64,000 bases of DNA, from positions 15,220,974 through 15,284,973 of the forward strand of contig NC_057719.1 in assembly GCF_004010195.1 (NCBI RefSeq), written 5' to 3'. The notes below the pieces were generated by a model. It worked only from the letters and a program-made list of their open reading frames with translations, made no database searches and was not told the origin of the DNA. The first letter of the stretch is position 1, and the number at the start of each line of letters is the position of its first letter. Positions 11,256 to 25,237 of this stretch are shown here, piece after piece. Source of the stretch: Chiloscyllium plagiosum (Eukaryota). A program made the position numbers and the translations under genes.

Positions 11256-14200
11256 ACAATTGTCCCAAACCTTGGCTCACCAACCAACTTAGATCCTACT
11301 TATTCAATCATATTTGACATTTACAGCTCATGGATCCTGCTGTGCAATTGCCAATGAGCAAATTAATCTTTATAGTCAGCTCTGAACAATTATAGAAACA
11401 TTGAATCTTATTGGAGCTATTTCAGTCCTTTGAAAGAACCATCCAACTCCTTCTCTATGCCCATTTTCTCTCTGTTGCCCTGGAAATGTTTTCTTTTGTG
11501 AGTTACTATTACATTTGCTTCATTATTCTTTCAAAGTATGTGCAATCTAAATCATAGCTTCTATCACTATAAACAATTTATGCACACAGCTTTCCTGGTC
11601 TCCTTACAAGCCAGGAAATCTCAACTACTCTAGTATGATTCGATTACACTGGAGTTTTTTTTTTAAAACTCTTTTTATAGTTCTCAACCTGCTAATATTC
11701 ATTAGGAATTCATAACCATTGGCCTCCTTCATAAACCAGGATGCTGTCATATTCATTTATAAATTAGTCATGAAGTTTGTAAATATTTGAAACTCATGTT
11801 AAGACTGCCTCTGCAGCTGTACCCAGGAGACTAAACAAACTTTACAATATATGTAATAAGTTGAATAAGGCCAAAAGGTGGCTTTTTAAAATTTTTGTAT
11901 TGTGCCTGATTTAAAAAGGCAGCTCGCTGACCAACACAGAACAAAAATGCTTCACATTTGCCAATGCTACAGAATGAACATCTGGCTCCAGTGTGTTAGA
12001 AGAACTTACACATGGCTCAAGTTTGTTGCCCTAATATTGTAAGCGTTCAAGTACGGTGGTGCACAACAGACTTGTGCACCATTACTTAATACAAATGCTT
12101 CCGACATTCTAACTATGAAGCTGACTTCCCCTCCGGGCTACGCAAAGAAGTTTGTGTGAGCTCTCTCTGCTTTGAGTTGCTTCTCCATTTTAACACCTCA
12201 CTTCAGGTCTGAAGATCATATACAAACTACAGGAAGCACTGGATTTCTTAACACTGAAGGAATTCTAGAAATATGAAACAGAATTGTTTGGAAACATGTT
12301 TCATAGGTCACAAGCTTAAACCACATTGGGACTGCATACCCGTTGAACACAAAGAATGCACTCCCTTTGCATCGGCACAGTGAGAAGATTCAATTTGCAG
12401 CTTATCCATTGGGTACAGGCCGCAGTTCAAAAGCAATAGAAAGATGAGAGAAGATGAATATGCCTTAGATATTGAATAGAGGTTAGTGGTGATATGGGCT
12501 TTGCTATCCTAAATTAAATAGCTGAAAATCAATACTGTTGACCCCAAATGCAGATGGAACAAATTTTACTAATTTTTTTAAAACACTGGCATCCTTCTGC
12601 ATAGCAACTAAATGATTTCTGAGACCGTTGCTCGTTGACAATATGGAATCCAGGGAAACTTACAGTGTTTGATAGCTAATCTATTCTGCCTTACAAGTCA
12701 CCTTACATATCCTTTATGTGAATAGGGATATTAAAAGATTGCAAAGTTAACTGCTGTTTGCTTCATTTCTGGTCATTTCAAAAGCAGAAAAAAAATACCT
12801 GGTTCTCACTTCTAAAAGATTCTGTAAAATGTCAACAAATCATGTCAACAAATGAACAAAGCATGGCATCTGGACTATAATGGAGGCTGTCAAAACTTTT
12901 ATAAACATAGATAAAATGTTTAATATTTCCTTGTTACACCACATTGTTGAATTTCAGAAAAGGATTCCAAAAAGTGATAAAAAGACCACACCACATTAAT
13001 TTAGCTACTTTTAATCATAAACAGTATAAATATTTGAAAATGATAAACCAAGAGCATCCATACCATCAAGCATTGCAAACAGGATTCAAAATATAAAAAT
13101 CTTAACCAGACAAAGAGATAACATTCAGTTCACAGCCAAACACCATTGAGCTGGATTATTTACTTGGTATTTAATTAAAACCATCTGAGTCTAGCAATAC
13201 TAATGAAGTGTGTGAGAACATTTACTTTGAAATGATCAACACATGATTCAGTGCATTCTGTAAGCAAAGTTCAGTTTAAGCTTATTTACTTTTTCCCTTT
13301 GCACATTCTCCAAGATCACCTTCTTATTAATAACAGTAATGAATGGAACTGTGCTACTGGTCTTGCTGCCAAAATAGTCACTGCATCAGTTATATAGCAC
13401 TACACTCTCACTCAAGACCATCTTATGAAAGTTGATTTGTAATGAAGCTCTGGAATGGCCAAAACCAACATTAAAAAAAACTCTGGCATTCGCAAAGTGA
13501 GCAAGAATCAGATCAAATGTGTTTCTGTGAACAACAATGCCTTCATTTGTTAAATACTTCTGTGATCTAGGACAAGAAAGTCCCACAGACTACACAACTT
13601 GCTAGCATTTTTTTTAATGCTGCAACAAAAAAAAACAAATTCTATATTCAAGTTGAACTCAACACTGATGTGCTGAAAATGTCTGCTCAATCTGTTTTGA
13701 AAAAGACAAAATGGTACAAAAGGTGCTAGCCAGCAAATATATGTCAGCTGCCTGTCGTCTAAGCATGTCTGCAATGAGTGTGATAGATTAAGACAGAAGA
13801 CTCCTACACTTCATAAAACAGTTCACCAACAGAAGAAACCCATGAATTGTTAAGTAAAAGCAGAAATTACTGGAAGTACACAGCTAGTCTGTTAGCATCT
13901 GTAAAGACGAAAAAAACAAATTGACATTTCAGATATAGATTCTACATCATAACTTGAAAGTGAGACTGTATTATCTTACAGTCTGGAAAAATATTCCCAA
14001 TCAAAAAGTCTCCTTTTGCATCTGCTGACAGACTTGCTGTGTATCTCTTGAACTTTGTTTTTTTTATTTAACAATTGCACTTTCTTATATCAAATCACAG
14101 TGGAATACACACAGGGGCACGTAGTTTCCATTCAAGTTGGAATCCTGATACTAATGACTCCCAATAAAGAAATGCCACACAGCAATTTTTTAAAATCATG

Positions 14201-15104
14201 CCACACACCTCCATTAGTGTATCTATGCACTTCAAAGGCTTTTCTTTCAGAATGAATTAAAAGCTGTCAAAAAAACTTCATGTTACGAACTAAAGGATTT
14301 TGATAAAAATAAATTACAATTTTAATTTAAATGTCCTTCCTGGACATTTTTAACTTGTCTGCATTTCAGCTGGCAGTAATGTGTCCACATTGGTAGGAAA
14401 TGTCTGCTCAGTATCTGTTCACAGTAATAAATGTCTCCACTCAGTAACTGGAAAACATCTGCTATGAAACATTTTAAAAATACAGAATTGATAAAATGTT
14501 AATTATTAAGTAGTCTAATTAATTTGACTTTTCCTACCTATGTCTTCTCCTTGTTTTCAGCAATAAATGAAAAAGAATCAGAAGACCACAACTTGATGTT
14601 GTGACAACTTTGAAAAGCAATTGATTATCCTTTCACTGTTACACACTCTCATTTTAATGCTGGAGCCTTCCGACACCTGTGCCTCTTATCCTTCTCATTA
14701 TACACAGTCATAACATTGGAAAAGCTTCCCTCTGGCGCTCTTCCTCAAAGTCTTTTACAAATCCTTTCACCACCCATAGCCGCCTGCTTACCACACACTC
14801 TCATCTCCAAATCTATTTCCAGATATTTAAAATGACTGATATAAATATGATTGGTTGAAACACCCACACAATCCCCCTAAAAGGGGTAAAAGTACTGTGT
14901 GCATATGTATAAACACTAAGAAACATACTTACAAAATGTAAAGAAAATGCAAGGCAACTTACCAGTATACAATCTCTATACCTTGGTTATTAATTGTTAA
15001 TATTTGGCTGCTTTCCTGTTGAATTTATAATAGTTGGTTTAAGCAGCAAAGTCACAGTCAGTTCAGCTATGTAGAGTGTCAAGACAGTAAGGCAAGGCTG
15101 GATG

Positions 15105-17775
15105 GTCTTTACTTCAGCTATGAGAGTAATAGGTAAAACTGATCAGTTAATGGCATGGATTGACACATGAAAACAGGATATTGTTGCCATTGCAGAAGCA
15201 TGTCTGAGGGAAGAGCAGGACTGGCAACTCAATATTCTGGGCTATAGGATCTTTAGATGAGACAGAGGAGGGTGTAAAAAGGGTAGTGGAGGAGCACTAT
15301 TGATTAAGGAGTCGATTACTGTAATAAGGAGAGATGATATCTTGGAATGTCCTCAAATGAGACTTTGTGGATAGAATTTAGGAATAATAAGGGGGCAGCC
15401 ACTTTATTCTGAGTGTATTATATGCCTCCAAAAGGGTCAGCAGGAAATAGTACAGCAAATATGCAAACAGTTCACAGAGGTGTGCAAGAATAATAATCGG
15501 ATAATTATATACTTGGGATTTCAACTTTGCCAACATAAATTGGGATAGTCATAGTATTAAGCATTTAGAGGGGGTAGACTTTTTGAAATGTATCCTGGGA
15601 TTTTATTTTTAATCAATATGTAGAAAACTCAAGGGACGGCGCAGTGCTGGATCTGTTTCATGTGAAAGAAGCTGGACAAGTGTCCGATGAAGCAGTAGGG
15701 ACACATTTTAGTGAAAGCGATCACAACATAGCACAGCTCAATTTTGTTCTGGACAGTTGACTGGGAACACCTCCTTATGGGTAAGTTTACCGTGGAGCAG
15801 TGGGGTCAATCATAAAGGAGCGAGGAAGAGTACAGATCCAACATGTATCCTTTAGAGGGAAACGTAGGAGCAATAAGTTCAGAAAACCCTGGATGTCTTG
15901 GACAATTCTGGACTGGATGTGGAAGGGGAGTAAGAGCAAGTTCAAAGGGAGCAATTCAGCTGTGGCCCAAGAGGAATAAAAGAAAGCAGGAGGGAATTTA
16001 AAGGAATTAAAAGAGCAAAAATGGGGTATGAAAAAGAACTTGTCAACAGAATACCAAAAATCCTCAGATATTTTATAAATACATTAAAGTGAAGGGGTTA
16101 ACCAGGGAAAGTGTAGACCCCATTAGGGACAAAAGGGGGCAATGTGTGCGTGAATCCACAGGATATTGGAAGGGTGTTAAACGAATACTTCTGTTCAGTC
16201 TTCATTCTGGAAAAGGAGAACATAGGTACAGAATTCAGGAAAAGGGTTGTGAGGAAATTGCACTGTTTGAGATAGGAAGTGGGGAGATATTAGAGACTCT
16301 GTCGGACTTTAAAAAGGACAAATCCCCTGGCCTAAATGAACTGCATCCCAGGCTGCTGTGGGAGGTGAGGCAGGAAACTGCAGAGGCTCTGACACAAATT
16401 TTTTATTCCTTTCTGTCCATGGGGGTGGGGGGAGGTGGGGGAGTGCCAGAGGACTGGAGGACGGTTAATGCAGTTTCACTTTTCAAGAACAATGGTAGAG
16501 ATAAACCAGGAAATTACAGACTGGTGAGTCTCACATCATGGTAAGGAAATTATTGGAGAAAATTCTGAGGAGTAAAATAATACCCACTTAGGGTTAATTA
16601 CAGATAGTCAGCATGACTTTGTCTGAGGGAGGCCTAACAAATTTGTTAGAACATCTTAAAAATGTGATCAAGTGTGTGGATGAGGGAAGTTCAGATGATG
16701 TAGTTTATATGATTTTTAGCAAAGCTTTTGACAAGGTTGCACGGGTAGACTGATTGAGAAGGTTAAAGCACATCAAATTGGGGGAAACTTGATGAGATGG
16801 ATCAGAAACTGACTTAGTAAAAGGACACAAAGGGTTGTGTTAGAAAACTGCTCAAGTGGCTAGGCTAGTGTCCAGCGGTATATCACAAGGATCAGTTCTG
16901 AGACCCGTATTGATTGTTATATACATAAACGATACAGATGAAAATGTGGTGGGACTGTTAAGCAAGTTTGAAGATGACACCATGATTGATTAATAGCAAA
17001 AAAAAGATGGTTGTAAGTTTCAGGAAGATATAGACATGTTGGTCAGATGGTACTTACCCTTGCTAAGTGTAAGGCAATGCACTTTGGAGGAAGAAGCAAG
17101 ATGAGGGAGTATTTAAATGAATGACGGGACACTGGATAGGTTAGAGGAACAGAGGGATCCTGGGTATTTATTCATAGATCCCTGAAGTTGGCAGAGCATG
17201 TGCATAGGATAGTTAAGGTAGCATCTGAGAGACTTGCCTTCAACAATTGTGGCATTGAATATAGAAGCAAGGAGGTAACGTTGGAGTTGTACAGAGCATT
17301 GATTAGGCACAGCTGGAGTACAGTCTGTAGCTCTGGTCACCTCACTACAGGAACAAAACGATTGCACTAGAGGTGGTACAGAGGATGTTCACCAAGATGT
17401 TGCCGAAAATGGAGAAACTGAGCTTTAAAGAGAGACTAGATAGGCTTGGATTGTTTTCTTTAGAGCAGAGAAGACTGAGGGGAGACATGATTGATGTGTA
17501 TAAGATTATGAGGGGTGTGTACAGAGTAGGTAGACAGCAGCTGGTTGAGGAGGTCAATCGCGATAGGACAGAGTTTCAGGGTAAGGGGCAAGGGGAAAAA
17601 AAAACTTTTTCATTCAGCAGGTAGTGAGAATTTGGAAGGTAGTGGAGGCTGAAAACCTTAGAATATGGGACAAGTGCAGGAAATTGGGATTAGCGCACCC
17701 TTATAGTGGCAGTTACGTTGGTGCAGACTTGATCAGCTAAAGAACCTTTTCTGCACTGTACGAGTTTATGAATTC
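15105..17775 (+). mobile_element. CR1 LINE ORF2 (endonuclease plus RT), degenerate with deletions
   Basis: WQLNILGYRIFR.DRGGCKKG, DKSPGLNELHPRLLWE, PGNYRLVSLTS, SKFEDDT, LGLFSLEQRRLRGDMI; many stops and frameshifts. Confidence 0.92.
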
Positions 17776-18081
17776 AGTTAAACATGCTTTAAAAATTGCT
17801 GAATTTTGCAATGAGCTTTTGCTTTTACGTTAGCTCCACCTTTCATATAACAGCTTTGTGATTTAATCCTGTTTAATGTAGTTTAGCTAGTAAACTAAAG
17901 TTTGCATTAAAAACAATGGTACTTTTATATGAGGAAGAAGAAAGACAGTGTACGGAATCTATTGACATGAATGAACTCAAAGATTACACTCGAGGGAGCT
18001 TTAGCATGTAGTAGCTGTCTTAAATGCACTGTCTCTCATAACAAACTATCGTGGTAGTAAAAGAATCCCCTGAACTACGCA

Positions 18082-18233
18082 CAGAACAACCTCGATTGCC
18101 CAAATGAGACGGGGTGGGGAGTATTTTGTTTGGATAACTGATTGTTCGGATAATGTTTTTATGGGCCTTTGAGAGCTTGTTCAGATAATCCGAAATTTAG
18201 ATAATTGATGTTTGGAAAACTGAGGTTGTTCTG
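18082..18233. mobile_element. Short pogo/Tigger-like MITE
   Basis: TIR CAGAACAACCTC / GAGGTTGTTCTG, TA on the right flank; internal similarity to 3835-4476. Confidence 0.8.
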
Positions 18234-21139
18234 TACAACTTCCTGCCCAGTTTAACCTAACAAAATTCTACTTTGAAAGTATTTCTGCATTTTCCTTCCA
18301 GGAAGACGCAACTCATTTTTGCAAGGTCACTTCTGGGTTTTGTCTCAATCATATTCTTGCTACAATTAATTCCTGCAGTTCAAGTTGAGAGTCACGAACC
18401 AACCTGATACTAAAGGAAAAAGAAATGGTCAGATGTTCTTCCACTTTTCTTTGAAGTTAGTTTTGCCCTTAACACTCAATTCACACTTGTAAGTTTAGCA
18501 TCATTCTGAAGCTGTGCTCTAACTTCAAATTTCCATTTAAATGCAGAATTTGCTGCGATAGTCTTGTCTCACTGCATCAAACACTCAGGAGCAGATCATA
18601 ATAATTCCCTCGTCCATTCAAAATCTCACCCAAAGTGCAACACAGTAGCTTGCATTTAGCTGCCTGAAGAACTGTATTAAAAGTTAAAACCCTGGATAAA
18701 TCAGATCTGTATTTGTAATAACTCCATAATTATTCCCACAAAATGGACTCTTCATAAGAATGAGCCCTGTGAAATTCTAAATCATTCGTACCTTCAGATC
18801 ATCAGAGAGGCTGAAAGTGCCACATTGATACAGCAGCGCAATCATTTTAACTTAGAGACTCTTTCAGCACTTTTCAAAGCCAATGTTACAAGTTTGTAAG
18901 AACTGTTCAAAACAGTGCGAAGATTTAATAAAAAGCAAGCAATGATAGGGAGTGAAAGTAGTTTGAAAGCAGAAGTCCTTTTCACTTCATAAGGTGCATG
19001 ATTTTAAAAAAACTATTTTCAATAGGAAAGCATTCATTTCAGCGAACCAACTCACCTGACATATTAGCAGAGGCTCTAATGTGGAACGTAAAGTTGCTAT
19101 AGCTTGCTTCTACTTTAACAATTTTGTTGTTCCTTTAAGCAACCATTTTAATTTGCAAACTGATGACATTAAACAGTACCATTCAAACTCTGGTTACTCA
19201 CTGTCAAGAAGACATCAAATTCCAACAAAAACAAAATAACAAGTGAATGCTTCTCACAAGCTCTAAAAACCAAATGCATTTAATTACTGTGACATGATTG
19301 AGGAATATAATAGAAATATAAAAGAAGGAAGGCCATAACTCTACTTCTAGGTGTGCAATAAGAAGCCAAGTTACAATAAGTGCTGTGAACTACAAATATG
19401 CTTCGATTGTTTACAGTCACAACCTTCTTTGCTCCCTAACCTGTATGAGAATATCTGGATTGAAAGTTTGCCATGAGCGTGTAGAGGAATGCAGATGATA
19501 GTTTTTTTTTGACAGACAATGGACGTGGGAAGATTCATGGTCCGTATGAACTACATCCCTCCTTATTACTGGTATTTGAGTGGATGATTAAAATCAGGCC
19601 ATAACAAAGAAAAAAAAACCCTGATTTGAAGTCTACTTTTGTTTTCTGTAGACAATACAAGCATAATCTTAGCTGAGATCTGAAACCAGAGACAAACACA
19701 GTCACCACCCTCTGTACTTCAGCTTGTGATATCCCTGTAGTAATAAAAAGGCAAGATCCATGCGGTCCAGCTGGCTTCCAGTTGCACTGTGAAACCTGCC
19801 TTTAAAACAGCATTTTACTCACATTAGACAACCCACAAAATAATTACTAACTTCCAACTAGAATCATCTGTATATACCACAACCTGACATAACATGCATC
19901 AGCTTAATCTCAACCACGTAAAATAATCAATTCTTTGAAGGAAGTCCTCATGACAAGGCTCCTAATAACAACCTCTTCAGAAAGTATTTAACATATAACT
20001 GAGAATTAGAAGTACTTATTTTCTATCGCTAGTGATCTTAGATTTTTCTGTGAATGTTATATGGTACTGTATTTACTATTGGAGACCTTTCGTGCTCCCA
20101 CGTTCGATCCCACTCATTGGTGATCAACTCATTCTTTGTCTACTTCACTATCTTAATTATGGAGTATAATCCCGAAAGTTGTGAATTCTGATGAAAGTTC
20201 ATTGCCGTGAAATGTTCACTCTGTAGCTCTCTCCGGAGATGCTAAGTTCTTTCCAGTATTCTGTTCTTACTTCACATTCCCAACATCTGTACTTCAACTT
20301 TACTAACAGTCAAACTGGAAATATAAGTGAAATATGAACTGAAAACAGTGCCTCCCTTTTGAAAGTCTGAGATTGGCTGGCACCCGTCTCAGTGGTTCAG
20401 CAAATGATGCAGCTTATGGAAAAAATGCAATTATTTGAAGGTTTGAGATGTGCTGTGACAGTCATTAATCAAGGAGGAGGCCAGCAGTGAGGCTATAGTT
20501 CAATGAACAGGACAATCTAGAAGACAGGTCTTAGAATCTGGCATTGCTTTTGGTTTCTTTCACAGTTGAGTGCCCTGTACCAAGGTCAGTGCAAAATCAT
20601 AAAAAACTCTCAATGGCTTGCAGTTGCAAGTCAACGTACCAACTCCTTTTCAGTGTGTGCTCAAAATGCTGTTTGACAAAGAATATTGTGTGCTCCAGGA
20701 ACAAATTGACACGGAGCTTGAGTGGCTGCTTGCAAACATTCAAAGTTTTTCTACTTTCTGACAAACCAATCAGATAATCAAATCTTGAAAACAATCTCCC
20801 CAGACAGAGTCATTTGTAAATCAGACAAATATGCAGAAGACTGATGCTGATCACGGAACCTGAAAAACATTCCCCTTCATTTTGGAATGAAGTGTTTGTA
20901 TGTAATGTTGGCATTACGGTGGAGTTTGGAAAATGTTGACTGGAGCATGCTGATCATCTCACCATCTTTCAGCAACTGAACAATCAGATTGGAATACCAT
21001 TGCTCAATCCATTTCTGTCTTGGAAGTGGCAGACAAATGGGCAAACCATGTCAATCTTAACTTCGCAGTCCCTGGACCCTGAATTTTTCGCAGCATACCA
21101 GAGGATAGTTTCACTTTGTCATGTCCCAAAGCCTCATGA

Positions 21140-21242
21140 TTACAGCATTCCAAATCCTTCACTGCCTTCATTAATAGCCAGTTTCAGCATTTTGTGCAGT
21201 TCTTCGTAGGAATCATAAGTAGGAAGGCACAACTGGTTAAAG
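21140..21242 (-). CDS. AREL1: AREL1 last coding exon, 103 nt to stop
   Basis: ccag|(C)FNQLCLPTYDSYEELHKMLKLAINEGSEGFGML TAA (21140-21142). Confidence 0.97.
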
Positions 21243-24200
21243 CTGGATATGGATAAAGAGAATTGGTCAATACAAAAATCAGGAACTGGAAACTGGCCTC
21301 AGTAATGGTAGCTATGAAACTATCATTAAAAGAAAAAAAACATTTGGCTTGTCCTTAGGAGATCTGTTTTCCTTATCTGGTGTGGCCAACATGTTTGGTG
21401 CACCAATCTGTACACCACTGAAGCCAGGCGCCAACTCACAGACACCTCCTTCTACTGCCCCCTCGACCATAACCTCACCTCTCATCACCAAATCATCTCC
21501 CACACCATTCACAACCTCATCATCTCAGTGGATCTCCCATCCATAAATTCCAACCTCACAGTCTTGGAACCCCACACCATCCAGTTCTACCCCTTACCCA
21601 AAATTCACAATCCTGACTGCCCCGGTTGACCCATTGTCTCAGCCTGCTCCACGGAACTTATTGCCTCATATCTTGACACTGTCCTGTCCCTCTTAGTCCA
21701 GGAACTCCCAACATACATTTGGGACACCACCCACACCCTCTACCTCCTCCATGACTCGTTTCCCTGGCCCCCAACACCTCATCTTCAGAATGGACATCTA
21801 GTCCCTATACAAGTCCACCTGCCAAGGCAAAGGCCTCCAAGCCTTCTGTTTCTTCCTTTCCCGCTGACCCAACCAGTATTCCTTCACCGAGACACACATT
21901 TGATTGGCTAAACTGGTCCTCACCATCAACAACTCCTTCGAATCCTCCCACTTCCTTCAGACCAAAAAGGGTAGCCAGGGGCACCTACATAGGCCCCAGC
22001 TATGCCTGCCTCTTCATCTGATACATGGTTATACTCAATCTTGCATAGTTACAATGGTACTATTCCTCACCTTTTCCTCCGCTGCACTGATGACTGTATC
22101 GGCGCCACCTTATGCTCCCATGGGGAGGTTAAACAGTTCATCAACTTCACGAACACCTTCAACCCTGACCTCAAGTTCACCTGGACCATCTCGGACACCT
22201 CCCTCCCCTTCACTCCTGGCACCTTCCCTTGCCACCACAAGAGATGTAAAACCTGTGCCCACACCACCCCCTCCATCCAAGGCCCCAAAGAATCCTTCCA
22301 CATCCGAGATCTTCCTGCACATCCAAACACCTCATCTACCACGTCCGTTGTACTCGATGTGGTCTCTACACTGGGGAGACAAGGCGCCAACTTGTGGAAC
22401 GTTTCAGACTACGTCTCTGGAACACACGCACCAAACAACTCCACCACCCTGGGCATCCTCCACTGTAAAATCCTCGCCACCTGGCGCCTGGAGGAAGATC
22501 ACCTCATCTTCTGCCTTGGGACCCTCCTACCAAACGGCAATGATGATTTCACCATTTTCCTCATCTCCCCTCCCCCACCTCATCCCAGATTCAACCCTCC
22601 AACTCAGCACCGCCCTCTTGACCTGTCCTACTTGTCAATCTTCCTTCCCACCTATCCGCTTCACCCTCCACTCCAACCTATCACCATCATCACCCACCTT
22701 CATCTATCTATCGCCTTCCAAGTTACCTTAACCCCAGCTCCAGACCTCCCTCCTATTTGTCTCTCAGCCCCCTTCCTACGCAGACCACCCCTCCACATTC
22801 CTGATGAAGGGCCTATGCCCGAAACGTTGACTCTTCTGCTCCTTGGATGCTGCCCGACCTGCTGTGCTTTTCCAGTGCAACACTTTTTGACTCTGATCTC
22901 CAGCATCTGCAGTACTCCCTTTCTCCTACATGCTACTCCAGATCTACAGCAATGTGGATTGGCTATTAATTGCCTCTGGATTGGCCTGTCAACCCACTCA
23001 GCTCAAGGACAGTTAGGGTTGAACAACAAAATGTTGGTCTTGCCAGCAACACCCACACCCATGAAAGAAAAATAAGTATTATACAGGAAATCAGCTTTTC
23101 AGTCCCTAGAGTCTGCTCCACTATTCAATGAGATCATAGTTGATCTGTATCTAAATTTTATTCAGCCGCCTTGGCATCATGTATGTTTAAATGCCTTTCT
23201 GTCTTGCAATGATTTGTTCATCTCAGATTTTAAGCTATTTATGGAGTTAGTTTTTTGGAGCAGATCATTCCAAATTTCCACCAACCTGCATGCCGAGAAG
23301 TGTTTCCCAGCTTTGATGGAGATGTACAAAGTTAAAAATCACATAGCAGCAGATCATAGTCCAACAGGTTTAATTGGAAGCACGAGCTTTCCGGGCACTG
23401 CTCCACATCAGGTGGTTGTGGAGTACAAGATCGTAAGACACTGTAAACTTTTGCAATAAATTCTGTGTCTTATGATCTTATACTTCACAACCACCTGATG
23501 TAGGAGCAGCACTTCGAAAGCTAGTGCTTCCAAGTAAACCTGGTGGACTATAACCTGGTGTTGTGTGATTTTTAATTTCCTAGCTTAGGAGGGAGTTCTT
23601 GAGGTGTAGAATTCAGGGGGTTGGTGCGGAATTAAAGCACACAGTGCCTAGAAAATGCACATCTGCTATGCATGCAACTACATCCCAGTAGTGTTCCTTT
23701 TACCGAACTACTTACCAGGTATGAGCTGTGGGCAAGGTATTCTGCGTAGGTGCTGCTATGATCTGAAAAGATGGGCACATTGCCACAAATCCTCCTGGAG
23801 GGAGTTGGGAAGAACCTGTCGTGAACTGTAACAACCGAGCAAGCTCTTCCTGTGTGAAACTGGACACTGCTGTCCAGAACCACTTCATTACCTGTGGGTG
23901 GGGTGGAAAAAAAAGAGTAGAGTTTTAAGAATTTTGACTATCGCACGCATGACTATGATTTGATGCCGCTAATTTGACTGCAGTTCCTGGTCAGCAAAAG
24001 TTTCTGAATGAGACATTCTCTATTCCTCGATCATGCCAATTAAAGACAATTCGCCATTCCACTGACACAGAGACCTCTCCCCATCATCTGACATACAAAT
24101 GCAAGCAAGACTTGCCCGAATTCAGATGAAAATGGCTGCTATAACAAACATTAATAAATGGTGAGTTAAATAGTTAAATGTTTGTTCCGATAAAAAAAAG

Positions 24201-25202
24201 GACATACACCCAAAGCATTTTTTGGGGCCACATATTTCAAACATTTTGTGTTTCATAAAAAACGCCTTAGTTTGCCTCTAATAGAGAAAGCCCTGAGCTG
24301 TACCAACAACTCCTGTTATAGCTCCACAATTTGTCATTCTCTCTGGTTTACCTTCTCTCGGAAGTGCCAGGACCCTCCAACAATGACAGCATGGGTCTTG
24401 AAATCAGGTACACTGATGTTGCCAGTCCCACACATCAACAGCTGGAGGTCAAAATTTAACAATCAGAATCAAAGAAAGTTTCATTTACAACAATTAAGAA
24501 AGGTAAAGTCACATGTATGTAATTTATGTAGAAAAGATACCAGATGGAGACAGGGCAATATTTTCCACAGTCTCAGTATTGAGGAATGCAAAGAGGGTAG
24601 GCTATTGCTTAGAAAGAAATAAGGAAATAAATGGTGGGAGAGTGTAATCAAAGATGACAAATTCACATTCTGTTGCCATTATAACTGCGGGCAGAGGAAT
24701 TTATAATTGAAAATGTTGGCAGCTGTTTGGAAATGAAAGCTTTGTATAATTTGTTACACAATATATGTTCTGTATCTGAGAAACAACTTCAAAAGAGACT
24801 GGTTGGAAGGAATACCTGGTGAAAGAACTGCTATAATTCAATGACAAAATGGGTAATTGTAAATGCTGATAATCTAAGAAGAGCTAGAAGCATACAAAAG
24901 AAAAAGAAAGATTACTGTTTCGAATGACACACTGTCTATTTCATTCAGAGACCAATAAATCCATTGCGCATTTCCTGCTTTCAGCTCGAGGATCTCAGTA
25001 TCACACGGCATAAGTACAGGATTTTAACTCATGGTTGAAAACAGAGAAGCTGCAACTGCAAGCTCAGGGTACTGTGGATAAAGGATATGCTGAGAAACAG
25101 TGATGACAGAGCACTCCTCGGATTTTGAAGAACAGGTGTAAATAGGTTGGAAAAGCGAAATAAGATACAAGAAGTAAGATGACTGAACTTAGCTTGTGAC
25201 AC

Positions 25203-25237
<35 letters not shown>

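Noticed and set aside
12057..12081. Iron-responsive element
   Set aside because: The loop is CAGAC rather than CAGUGN, and there is no bulged C five pairs below the loop.
12829..12853. Short duplications such as ATGTCAACAAAT x2 (and GGATGGAAAAGCAA x2 near 2115)
   Set aside because: Ordinary slippage products with no further structure.
1..21000. Exons of a neighbouring gene (LTBP2 is the human downstream neighbour, from recall)
   Set aside because: No convincing coding exon found by eye; short exons cannot be excluded.
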